A model generated the notes under the pieces. It worked only from the letters and a program-made list of their open reading frames with translations, did no database searches and was not told the DNA's origin. From Dimorphilus gyrociliatus (Eukaryota > Animalia > Annelida), in the NCBI GenBank assembly GCA_904063045.1, contig CAJFCJ010000018.1, forward strand, positions 868,001-932,000: DNA of 64,000 bases. Reading direction: 5' to 3'. How positions within the stretch are numbered: position 1 is the first letter of the stretch; each line of letters begins with the position of its first letter. Below are positions 1-12,800 of this stretch, in pieces. Made by a program: the position numbers and the translations under genes.

Positions 1-3000
1 ATACTGGAGACGGAATCTGAATTGTACCACTTGCTACATAAGGTTCTCCTCGATTTGGAATTAAAAGAACTTGAACACTTCCAGATAAAATTAAAAATAA
101 ATAAGGCTGACTATAGGCTACCATCACCGGTTGTTCGCCAGGCCAGTTCAAATCTTCTTCACGAGTACGTTTTCCTGAAGGGTCAACGAATATTCCAAAA
201 TCAGAGAAACATACCAATAACTCATTAGGGCTTATTTGGACCACACTGAGAGGAAAGGATAAAAAGGTAGAGGCTCCAAAAATTGCAAATGCCAACGTTG
301 AATCCTTTTCATTTAAGAATTCTCGAAATTTAAAGCTTTGCAAATCCAGAGTGTAGAATTTGTCAGAACCAACAATTAGGCGATCGTCTGAAAACATCAT
401 ACATCCAGCTGGTTTTGGAATTAAAAGAGTTCTTATCAAAGTAAATGAGTCAAGCTTGGGTGACCAGCCATATAACATCAAATTTTCAGCAGTTGCAACA
501 GCTAAGTACACGTTTCTACGATACATTCCCACTTCAATGGTCGTACAATTTACGGCATCATCTAAATATGCAAGAGGCAGGTTTGTGGAAGACTTTTTGT
601 TGGATGTGATATTTAAAACGTCATTGTACGTTGTAATGGCCACTCGCCGAGATGCACCAACCACTAAAACAATAGTGTTCAATTGACTTATGTATCTAAC
701 TGCTGATACTTGTCCAAAAGCAGTCAATGTACTATTCAACATGTCACTGTGAACGTGAAGTCCTTTATCGGTAGCCATTAAACAGTCAGAATTATTAATA
801 CAACAAGCTTCATGAATATAGTTCGGATGTTGCGAAACCAAGAGACTTGAGAAAATTGTTGTATCTGATTTCTCATTCAACATAATAGCATCAAGATATG
901 CAACCCAATGATGTTTGTCAGTTACACTTCCAGGATTGATATACAATGTTTTGTTTCTCCTGATAGAAAATACGAGTGGTAGGTCCGTTAAGCACACATT
1001 TGGCAATTCGACAGGGTTAACTGCAGCTCTCATTAACGTTTTACCATCCCGAAGAGGAATATCTTCACAATATGGTTCAACAACAGTGTCCGAGTTGTAT
1101 ATAAACACTACGTTGTCCTTAAGAACCATCCATTTCTTTTCCCAAACATTTTTACGCTGACGATAAATTGTTATCCAACCAGATTTCACTTTTTTCAATT
1201 TAGCAACATTTCGAACTTTACGTTCTGTAACTTCTTTGAAGAGATCATCAAAAACCCGTCTGTATTCGGTCTTCATTCCACAATTCGGTGGCATTTTTGG
1301 CGAGCAAAGTGGATGACAGACGGACAAACATTCCTCACACTTTGTAGCTTCCCTCACAAACTCCACATTACCTAAACATAAAACACATTTGTCTGGTCTT
1401 GAATTGAGACCAGTTACAAAGCGATGGGGACGACCCATCGTATTAGCTCGTGGTGCTCCTGGTGTTTCGCTCGTTTGTTTTGATCTATTTTGACATCTTG
1501 GTGTTTTTGGAGTTTTTGGTGTTGACATTTCGGTTGTTCCAAAGCAATTCGTTGTTTTAACGGTCGTTACTTGTGGAACTGATCGACTTAAATTTCGAAT
1601 TTTTTGTTCCAACTCTACTTTATCTCTGGAAAGCCGAGCATTTTCGTCAAGGGCAACGCGCAATGTCTTTTGCAGTTGTTCTTCCCGTGAAAAGAGTTCT
1701 GTTTTTTTCTTTTTCTTTTTTGGTGCATCCAATTGTTGTTGTAGAAGATCAATTACATTCATTTGCTGTCGCTTTGTTACTTCCATTTTATGTTTTTCGA
1801 ATTTTTCATTTTCGACAGTGGTTTTGAATGTTTGTCTAGCTTTTTCTAATTCGTATTCATAAGACGATATTTCGTCGCGTAACTCATTTCTCTCAACTTC
1901 AAGATTTCGTAGTTCTTCGGTTAGTTGTATTTGAATTTCACGAGCCTCAGCCAGCTTTGTTCTATGTTTTGTCGATTCCTCTTTAATGTTCACTACTTCT
2001 CTTTCAAGAGCTTCATTCGACTGCAATAGACTACCACGTTCTTTTTCTATTTCATGAAGATTTTGCTCAGTGGTGAAAAGTTGTTCTGTTAATTTTTCTT
2101 TTCCTTCTGTTAAAGAAAGTTTGGACGAAAGTATGGTCTCAAATTGTTGTCGTGTTTGCTGAAGTTCTTCTTCTGTACATACTCGGCTTTCTTCTAATTG
2201 CTTTCTGTGAAGAGAAAATGACTGTGATATAAGCTTGTTGATTGCTCATAATGTTATTTTGTGTGTTCTGTATACTTACACTTTTCTTTTGTGAGATTCA
2301 AGATCGTTTTCTAGTTGCTTATTTCGTCTAAAAATTTCATCTTCTTGTGTAAGTTTTTGATCAAGAATTTGTTTTAGATGATTTCGCTCCTCTTCGATTC
2401 TAATGATTGCTTTTTTTCCATCTTGTTCAAGCACTTTATTTATTCTTTCGAGATCTGTAATTTGTTTTTCTTGTTCTTTTAAGGCCCATTTCAAGTTTTC
2501 TAATTCTCCGGTATGCTTTTGTTGGTCTTCTATAGTCTTTTGTCTTTTTCGACGTTCGAAGTCTATTTCAGACACAATTTGCCTATTTTCTTCTTCAAGC
2601 TGATAGCTCCTGCGTCTATATTCAATAACTTGATGTTCTAATTCTTTTAGTCGGTTTGTTTTTATACCCAATTCAACCCTGACGTCGCCTAGCATCTGAA
2701 ATATTTTTTTAATTCATTTATTATGGATTGAAAATATGTGGAAGTTTTTTCAATGTAATTTTTTTGATACTTACAGATTCTTTATTCTTTAACGTATTTA
2801 TTTCACTTTGAAGCATTTGCTTGTCTTCCTTTTTGTGTTAGGTAAAGTAGAAAAAGTTGAGTTTGAGTATTTAAGGCTTACTTTGAGACTTTGGATTTGT
2901 GCTCTAGTGTCTAATTTCTTTTCATCAGCATCCTTTTTAACAGTATTGAATCGCCTACGTAGATCATCTAGTTGAGTTTGAGCAGATAGCGTTTGAGATC

Positions 3001-4403
3001 TGAGATTTTCCACTTCTTGTTTTAGTATATCATTCTTAATTATAAAGACAAAAAATAATTGTTACATATTAAAAAAGTTATTTTCGTAAACATTCCAAAC
3101 TTTATTAACGATCTGATAAAAACTTACATTTTTTTCCATAAGTATGATTTTTGCTTGACTTTGTTTTTGATAGTCTTCAAGTTCTTTTTTTGTGTCATGA
3201 AATTTTCCAATATATTCTTCTTTGCGAGATCTTTCTCTTTCCATTAGTTTTCTCTCTTCAGCTATTCTGTAGCGGAATGCCGCACGATCTTCTTCAAACC
3301 TTTTTTTCTGTGGAGTGTGAATGTTATGATTAGTACTAAATTTATGTGAAATAGTAGACCAAATTGATATCCTTCAGCATGAATGTACAATAAGATTGAA
3401 TGAGTAGCTCAGACTTTCATATAAGCATTGACACACAGTGCAGGGGAAAATCATTTTAAAGATTTTGAATGCTAAATTATTATAGCATACTAGTTGTCTA
3501 CGAGAAAAGATAATTTAACTAAAGAATACTGACATCTAAGGCCATTGATTGTTCTTGTGATTGTCTTTTTAAGTTATTTTCTAGGTCTGTTATTTTCATT
3601 TCAAGTTCACCTATTTTTTGACTATCTCTCTTTTTATGAGTCTCAACAAGTCGAAAAGACTCCTCTTCGGAAGCTTTCATTTTCTCCGTCAATTCTTTAT
3701 TAGAACGACATAGATTAGCTATGACATCGTCCTTTTCTTTGACACTTTTTTCCAGTTTGATAATTTGCCTTTCCTTCTCTTCTTCGAAGTTTCTTTGTCT
3801 TTGTATAATACTTTCTATTTCATTCTTTTCATCTATACATTGAGCAAGTTTTCGTTCAAGATCAAGGACACGTCGACTTTCACGTCTTTCTTTACTTTCA
3901 GCATCTCTAGTTTTAGATTGATAACTGCCTAACTGTTCTTGAAGAAGATTGTTCTTTTTGGAATGTTCTTCAAGTGTAATTTCAAGTGATGTGTTTTCTT
4001 TTTGGAGAGATTGATTCCTGTGTCGAATTTCTTTGATTGTATCTGAATCAATTTTAATACTTCTTTTGAGATCATTAACTTCTGTTTGAAGAGACGTACG
4101 TTCGAATTCGGCCTTAGTGAGATCAGCCTTTAATTTGTCGACGACTTCTTCTAAATCGGCATTTTTATTTTGGAAGAAGTTGTTACGTTCCCGGAGTCTA
4201 CGAATTTCTTCGTCATTATCATTTCTGAGTAAATATTAAAATTAAAAAGGTCATTGAATAAAGCTCTAACATGTAAGAGATCAAATTGCTCACGTTAGTT
4301 CTAAACTCTTTTCTTTCACGTATTCATCATTGGCGGAGCTAAGTTCTCGAAGAAGTTGTTTGATTTTATCGCCGGCTTTATCAACGTCATCAACGATGTC
4401 CAT
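1..4403 (-). CDS. CIT: Citron Rho-interacting protein, kinase-less (coiled coil-C1-PH-CNH); 3' end runs off window
   Basis: Exons 4403-4294, 4224-3534, 3307-3128, 3034-2882, 2828-2775, 2695-2280, 2204-<1 join in frame. Contains LDAPKKKKKKQELFSR (cf. citron PAKKKKGLFSR), C1 domain HRFVTGLNSRPDKCVLCLGNVEFVREATKCEECLSVCHPLCSPKMPPNCG, a PH-like WEKKWMVL and a CNH C-terminus (FSDFGIFVDPSGKRTR). Absent from the ORF track because there is no stop inside the window. Confidence 0.88.
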
Positions 4404-4850
4404 CTTGAAAGAAGAATACTGATTTATTACATAAGAAATATTTCTCTAGTTAAATGTTGACCGTTTCTTTTAAGCACTGTGATTGGTTTGAGATTCAGCC
4501 ATATTTAATACATTGCTGCCATCTGTTTCATATGGGATAATTTCAATTTTTTTGTAGTATAGAGCTGACAATTTTTTGTTGATCAGTGTTATTTGGTCAT
4601 TTGATTGGAAATTGGGCTTGTGAACCATTGCCAGTTGCTTTTGATCCCCGATTTCTGACTACTTACGCTCTTTTTTAAATACACTGCTTTCTTATTTTTT
4701 TTGCACTAATTATGTACTGCATTTTATTGAAGAGTAAAGTCAGACTTATATTTTTATGCCTTTTTAGCTACTACTTGTGTATGATTGTTTTTCTTAAGTT
4801 CGTAATTGCATAATGTTTTTTTTTCGACCTTGAACTTGAAGGAGAACAAA

Positions 4851-5224
4851 ATGGCAGACTCGAAAGAAATGCCCCGTGTTGACATGAAAAAAGAATTCCC
4901 GAATTTAAATGAGACAGAGAAACATTTCGTCCGGAAAATAGAAAATATGAATCTTGAGCGAGCAGGTCGTCTCACAAAAATGAGAAGTCGTAACAAACTA
5001 ACTGGAGCTCTTATTGCCGGCGCTGTTTTGGGAATATGTATCCTTTTATCACTCAGCCCGATCGCTGTTTAACAGCGAATTTATATGCTTTCTATGTAAA
5101 AAAAAACTCTATTAGTATTAATACTTTTCCTTAATAATTTTAACTTATAGATTCATATACACTTTTGGCGGTTAAACAAGAAAAATTTTTAGATGATTTC
5201 GACAAAGTTCCGGAGGAAAACTAG
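4851..5224 (+). CDS. COA3: Cytochrome c oxidase assembly factor 3 (CCDC56)
   Basis: Exons 4851-5037 and 5151-5224 give ...RSRNKLTGALIAGAVLGIYSYTLLAVKQEKFLDDFD..., matching the COA3 TM and C-terminal motif. Confidence 0.9.
5038..5150 (+). other. U12-type (minor spliceosome) GT-AG intron in COA3
   Basis: 5' site GTATCCTTTT, branch TTCCTTAAT at 5127-5135, AG about 15 nt downstream; splicing restores the COA3 frame. Confidence 0.9.
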
Positions 5225-5314
5225 TTGTTACAAACTCAGAACTAAACTTGTAGAGTTTTAATATGTACAGTTTCTAAAGTTTTAACATCAATAATTCAAG
5301 ATTAAATAAAAGTT

Positions 5315-6736
5315 TTAAATTATTCCTTTGCTTCTCCAATTAAGACTATTTTCGTCATAATCTTCATCCGATTCTTCGCTGGAATCGTTAAGGTCGTTTT
5401 TGGCAGCTGTGGTACTTCTCTCTTTAGATTGTACTTGTTTTAATACTTCTTCTTTCTTTTTGTATAAATTGTCAACTTTGCCCCATAATTGTCTGATTTG
5501 AAGAGAACGTAAGTATATGTCAAAAAAATGTTTATCTTACGCACATTTCAGTATCAATTTCTTCAATATTTCTCAAGATTGTATTTTCTTCGTGCTCTTC
5601 ATCCATTAGATTTTCAGCTTTCTAGAAAGAAATTAATCTACTTTACGTTTAATATAGACTTTAATACACACATTTGTCTCGTCTTTTATAACTTTTTGAA
5701 ATATTTCCCACTCTTCGTCTATTTTGTTTTTGTATTCCACATTGCGTACCTACAATAAAGAGCATTAAACTTAATATTTAAAGTTTTAAAGCTTGGAAAG
5801 GAAAAGTACTTTAGCATCAATTTTAGGATCATCAAAAAATCCCTCCGGTATCTGTTCAGCAGCAGTGTTTGATATTGGGCCCTCCACTTCAGAATCTACC
5901 TTAGATGTTTGTGGTTTTGGTTCTTTGTCACCAGAATCGAAAAAATCTGTTTTATTTTATGTTTTGTTTAAAAATACAAGTATAGTATTTTTAAAACAAC
6001 TTAATTTTATATTATTACCACTAGGAAGAGAAGAAGACGGAATCTCTGTTGTAACTGTAGGAACTTTAGAGCCAGTTTTTAGAGGTGCATTTTTCAATAT
6101 CGATTTAGCATTTGTCTTCGACGAATTATCAAAAAAGTCGTCAGGTAATCTATATTATATATATATATATATATGTAAAAGTTAATTAATAATTAACTAT
6201 TTTCATGAGAGAGAATAACCTCGATTTTTTAGTTTTCGAATTATCTAAAAAAAAATCAAAAGTTATTCATAATATTCAGGTTTAGAATTACTTTACAAAC
6301 CATCCTTGATTTCTTCTTCCGTCTTTCTCTTCAATGTTTGAGAAATTGGCTTTTCTTGAACTAGCCGATTTGATTTCAGTAGTTCTACATTCTATATTTT
6401 AGTTTAATTAAACGTTATGTTTAAACTTTAATTTTTATTTACCTCTTTATGTCCTCGGCTTTTAAGGTGAGTATCCCAAAGAATTTCACTCCTTACTTGA
6501 GAATTACATACTACACATGTTAAATTTCCTAGGGCGTTATATGTATGATTAAGTTAAGGATAATAAACAGATAAAAGAGCGATAAAATGGAAAAAAAATC
6601 GCAATTGAGAAATCTACAACAAATTAAAAAAAGGATATTTTGCTAGTGGATGATTGATTTTATTCTTTGAAGCAGCTTTGTGCATTAGTCGTTTTAAATC
6701 ATCCTTTGCAAGAGATTTTGAAGCTTTTGAGGACAT
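5315..6736 (-). CDS. ZNF830: Zinc finger protein 830 (CCDC16)
   Basis: MSSKASKSLAKDDLKRLMHK...INHPLAKYNALGNLTCVVCNSQVRSEILWDTHLKSRGH (C2H2 finger), middle LPDDFFD/LPEGFFDDP motifs, C-terminus DYDENSLNWRSKGII*. Confidence 0.9.
6543..6638 (-). other. U12-type AT-AC intron in ZNF830
   Basis: Minus strand: GCA AA|ATATCCTTTT...TCCTTAAC(6560-6553)TTAATCATAC|A TAT AAC; removal gives in-frame ...LAKYNALG. Confidence 0.92.
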
Positions 6737-6884
6737 TTTCTTACGGGTGGGAAAATATTACCAAAAATGATTCCCAAATCTGTATTGATACATTGTCCTG
6801 TTGACGTTCCTATTCTGAAAAGGCCATAAAAAAAGTACACATGACAAGGAGCCACACACTTTATTGTATTTCCTGTCTACAATC

Positions 6885-9800
6885 ATGGAGGCAGTTCCAA
6901 GATTGCCTATGATGTCTTTTGAATCAAAACAATGCTCAGACAGTGTAGAATTTACTCCAGTTTTGCGCTCGGTTTGTAATAAATTTTATTCTATTTGTAA
7001 TATACCACTGTAGAAACATCTAAATAACATATTTTTCTTGTATTTTTACGATTTGTAATTCCTGTCAGAGTCAAACGACGATGAATCATCTTGCATCTTA
7101 AATCAGTTAATAAAGTTTAAACTATTTACAGTATATTTTAAATCACTACGGGGAAAATCCGTCAAAATATGAAAAAGCATTGGAAGAACTAGAAAACTTA
7201 CGAACGGTAAGTTGTCAGGGAGCAATACAACTTTATCTGTATATTTTACTTTAAAAACTCAGACCGCAACCAAATGTTCAAAAGATTTAACAAGATGTAG
7301 TATATTAAAAAAATACTATGCTCAGTTACATATGCTTCATAATCGTTTTCCAATGGGAGAAGCAGACCCAGTGGCTGTTGCATTTACATGGTTTGTTGTG
7401 CTTTTTATTATGTATTCTATGTGCATTAATCTTGTACGTAGGGATGATGCTTTTGGAGGATCAACAGTCGTGCATGCCGATATTAAATTCGAACAAGCTT
7501 GTATTCTATATAACATTGGCTGTTTATACTCTAGCCTTGGTGCTTCAGATACTAGAAACACACAAGAAGTAAGGACCGAATTCGTTAACTTATATAATCT
7601 AATTATGTATTTATAACTATCAGAGCTTGAAAGCATCTTGCACTCATTTCCAAATAGCAGCTGGAGCCTTTGAAACTGTTAGAGACTCCTTTAATCCTTC
7701 ATACTCTTCGGATTTTGACAGCGACGTACTAACATTCCAGAGCAATTTGCTACTGGTAGGTCTACAACATTTAATATTTTCGTTATTCATTTTCAATGTT
7801 CCGTAGGCTCAAGCTCAAGAATGTATTTTAGAAAAGTCTATGTCGGAGAATAGGAAAAGTACTATCACTACAAAAATTGCCGCTCGTATTCGCCAATTTT
7901 ATACAGAATGCCAAAAAATCTTGGAGTTAAAACATACAGCAAAAATATTAGGGGCCAAAAAGCATAAGGTAATTAATAGATTATGGGCTAACATTCAAAC
8001 TTTTCAATATTTGTATATAAAAAGGAATGGAAAAAAAGGATAGATTTGAGAATTATTTATCATCATTGTTTGACATACTTTTATTCTGGTATGCAAGCAG
8101 AAGAAACAGAAAAGTGGGGAGAAAGGTTGATGTATTTTGAAGCAGCGTTGGAACAGATGCAATCCTGTTTGAAATTGGCGAAGGTAGAATTAATCCTTCA
8201 TTTTAATAATGTATAAGTTTATTAATGACTAAAAAAAATTTGGTATGTAGGATTCAATTCAAATGGAAGAAACTGTGCGGTTTGTTAACGATGTTGTTAC
8301 TGGGAAGTAAGTAAATGCCATTCATACAAATAAAGCAATTGTTTATTTAAATCTTTGGATATAAAGGTTCAATTCCGCTAAGAAAGATAATGATTTCGTT
8401 TATCATGCAAAAGTACCAAAACTTGAAGATTTTACACCTGTAGAAGGAGCTACATTAGTAAAAGGAATAATTTTTGATCATACTGATGTTGAAATATCTG
8501 GCCTTGACATCTTTAGGTATTAAATTTTTATTAGTAGCATAAATTAATCATGCAATTATATTATTATTTCATTAGAGAGTTAGTTCCATTGGAAGCTCAT
8601 GAAGCCTCTTCCATTTATAGTGAAGAGAAGGCCAAACTATTAAGAGTTATTGGAACAGAAGTTTCTGATGCTGACGAAGAGCTTACGTAAGACTATTTTA
8701 TAATTATTTGGTTGACTACTGAATTATTCATTTTTTTATTATTCTTCCTTTTTATAGACAACGAATGAATCAGTTAGCTTTTGATAAAGAATTTTTAAAT
8801 ATCGATAAGCAAGTATTGCCTGATTCGGTATTGGAGAAATGTGCTGCTATTAGCGCTATGCCTAATTCTACATCCGACTTACGTCAGTGTCTACATTGTG
8901 AGTAATTGAGATATGCTTTTAGACAATAACTTATTAACAAATCTATATATACAAATAAGCTTTATCTGGAGCTGCTTCGAAAATTGAAGAAAAAATTACA
9001 AAGATTCATAATATAATAGCAAAGGAGAAACGAAATGAAGATACATTTCAAAAAACTTTCGGTAAAAGGCAGGTTGATTCTCGCCTAATCGAGTTGGGAA
9101 ATAATGCAGAAGAAAGTGCTGAATTAGTAGACAAAGCAGCCCAAACTACACAGGTTCTTTGTCAAGCTATGGACGATCATATAGCTAATTTGAAATTGTT
9201 GTGTGATCCACAAGAATTAAATCGAAATTTACCAAATAGAAGTATATTGACTGGTATGTTAAAATTAGTCAATCGCTATTTTAAAGCGATTAATAAATTC
9301 AGTATGTTTATACGGTAATTATTACTTCTATAGAAAATGAAGAGGACGTTAAAATCATAAAACAAATGATAAAATTGATGGAAAAGATTGATGAAATGGT
9401 TAAACAAAGAAAATTATTAGAAACTTCATTGAGAGATGCAATCCATTCTGATGATATAACAAAAGTTATTGCTGGCAAAGGCGGAACCCAAGATCAAGAG
9501 GTAATTTAACCTTACTTTTAACTATGTTTTTAAAAAAATTAATGAATTATTCATCATCAGGAATACTTTAGGACAGAATTAAAAAAGCACGATGAAAACT
9601 TGAACCTATTAAGACAGAATATAGGCGCACAAACAAATATTTTGAAAGCATTGGCTGAATGTTATGTGAAATTTGCTCCAATTCGCAGAGAATTATCTGA
9701 AATTGACCAAAAGTAATAATAAAAAAATTTAACGTATTTTCATAGGCACAACTTTATATTTATTTTTTAGGCGAAATAAAAAAATTGAGTCCTTGATTGA

Positions 9801-12800
9801 ATCTTTCGATGTTTATACTGATTTGATCAACAAATGGAAAAATGGAATGGAATTTTATGACAAACGAGATGCAATTATAACAAATATACTAGCTGAAGTA
9901 GAAAAAAGACATGCTGAACAGGAAGCAGGGCGAAAAAGAATTATGGAAAAATATGGAATCAAAGAAGCTGTAAAACCGGATAGTAAGTAATTTAACGCAG
10001 TATATTTTTATGAATTGTACAAAAATGTATTTGTCTTTAAGTACCTACCGGTCCAAAGTCAGTAGACATGCAACCAAACTATATACCAAATGCATCTGAT
10101 TTATGCGGGGAAACGGGAATGACCCATTCGGAAATGAAGGCACTTGGAATGCAGATACCACAGAATCCGAGTTTAGAAGATCCATCAAAAAAGAAAACTC
10201 TTAAGGATCATATGCCTTATATGCAAAAGAGAAGTGAAAGAACGAAGGGAAAGAAAAACGTAACTAATGCTAAACCAGAAAATATTGATATCGATGATCA
10301 AGAAGCATTGGCTGCAATAGCAAGTTTGGAGTCTGCTGAAAAGTATTTAACATCAAACTTTCAAAATATACCTTCTTTACCTGGAAAGACACAAGCTACT
10401 CTTGCGAATAGTTCTGAAAATAGTTCAAACGCACCTTTAAATTCTTTGAACTATACTCCCACCCACCAACCCCCGTCTGCTCCATCTAATCTAACTAAAA
10501 ATTTTATTTCTACACCTACTATTCCACCACCTCAGGGTCAAAAAGGTCAATCAGCGTATAAAATGTCTTACGAAGAACAAGAAATGGCTGCAGCAGCGGT
10601 TGCTATGTTTGATCAAGCTATTGGAAAACAAGGAAATATACTGGCGAACGTTCCAGCGAGTGGATACGCACCACCTTACGTTCCGGCTCCTAATACATTA
10701 GCTGAACCTGCACCTTACGGAGTAGGAACAGCCAGTGTCAATTCATCAGTGTACGCTAGCTCTCAGTCCTATCAGCAACCACAGGCTCAGCAGATCTCTA
10801 ATTCAGCCCAACTAAGAAATAATCAACCTGATGCCAAATATCAAGCATATACTCAATACCAACCGGCAAATGAAAAAAACAAAAATATACAGTCTCAATA
10901 TCAGTCTACTACAGCTATGGCCTCAAATCTTCAAAATTCATTCCCGAATCAGCAAAATACCTCACATTCTTCCCTTCCAAAGGAATATCAACCACCGATT
11001 TCAAATAGTCCGCAACTTTCTATGAACACGCCGACAACAAATATCTATACAAATATGTCACTTTATAATCCTCACTATCAACCACAAAGTACCATTTCTT
11101 CATTTCCATCCCAGCAACAACATCAGCCAACGCAGCCCCAGCCACAACAATTCCAACCTCAACCAACGCAACCCCATCAGCAGCAGCTTCATCCCCAGCC
11201 AATGCAACCCCATCAGCAACAGCTTCAGCCCAGGCCAACGCAGCCCCATCAGCAACAGCTTCAGCCCGAGCCAACGCAACCCCAGCAACAACATCTCCAG
11301 CCCCGGCCAACGCAGCCCCATCAGCAACAACTTCAGCCCCAGCCAACGCAGCCCCATCAGCAACAACTTCAGCCCCAGCCAACGCAACCCCAGCAACAAC
11401 ATCTCCAGCCCCGGCCAACGCAGCCCCATCAGCAACAACTTCAGCCCCAGCCATCGCAACCCCAGCAGCAACAGCTCCAGCCTCAGCCAATGCAACCCCA
11501 GCAACAACAGCTCCAACCTCAACCATCGAGACAATCACAGCATCAGCAACCCTATATCAGCTGCGAGCAGATCAATCCACAGCATTCGCTTACAAACAAT
11601 ACTTTACAATCACCTGCCAATATTTCTCTACCATATTCTCAGCAAAATCCAAATAGCAGTAATTTAACTCCTCATCAACAGAATCTACAAAATCCACCTT
11701 TGCTTCAGCCCAATGTTGCACCCTCCAATTTAAAAGACCCTTCGATTGATTTTCACATTAATTCGCAACAGAATATTCCAAATCAGACGAATCCTATATA
11801 CCAACCTCAACAGGCGCAGACGGCGACCATGAATATGGATTATCATAATCAGTTTCCTCAACAACCATCAAACACACAGGTTTACGTACAACCGACTAAT
11901 CAGCATGTTATAGCAAATCCTTCTACTTCAATGAATCCAGTACAACAAATCCCTCAAAATTATTCTCAACAAAATCCAATGGGTTTTAATCAGACGACGT
12001 CTTTTCAAAATATAAATTATCCGAATGTGACACCTCAAGCATCTTTACCGTCGAAACATGAGAACATGAACATGGAAACAACAACTACTCAAGCAATCGT
12101 AAGATCTGTAACTTCAACCTCGTCAACACATTCTCAACAATTGCCTACGAAGATTGCTCAGAATGTGACTAGCAAAGAAGGTCAACTGTCTAATTACACA
12201 AATATGGAATTTGGATCTATTTCCAAACAATTAGCGCAAGAATTTGCTGGGGGTGTTAATTTAAGTCAGTCTATGTATGAATACCGTCAAACGTATGATC
12301 AACATCTGTATTCTCAAGCCCTACCAAATCAAAATCCTCTGCATCAGACATCAAGTCAAGGAACAATTCAATCCAATATTATTCCATCGGCTGGAACAAT
12401 AGCACCAATCACCACTCCCCAAACTCACAATCTTCAACAACAACAACAGCCTCTTGCATCCAAACCAACAGCATTAGAACAGCAAGAGAACAAAAAATCT
12501 TTTACTCCTGTTTTTGAACCTCTTCCTCTAAGAGAGAGAGGATCGTCAGAGCCCAGAGAAATTCCTACACCAACTATTACACCTTCGGTACAAACTCCTA
12601 GTTTTGAGAGAAGACTTTCAACAGCTTCATCCTTGGACGATATACTTTCAGCTAGTCCTACAAATGAAATAGAGAAAATTCTAAAGCCATATTGCATAAC
12701 GGAGGAAGAACGAGAAAAGTAGGGTGTAAATTACTTTATAAAGATTAAACCACATAAGAAGTTAATCTCGTTTGCAAACATAAAGACATAAGACTTAGTT

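Noticed and set aside
3330-3450. Possible C/D snoRNA in the 226-nt CIT intron (ATGATT...CTGA...CTGA on minus strand)
   Set aside because: The C box is imperfect, the terminal stem is offset and I could not identify an rRNA target.
11020-11538. Antisense ORFs (172 aa, 144 aa)
   Set aside because: These are shadows of the PTPN23 CAG/CAA-rich tandem repeat.
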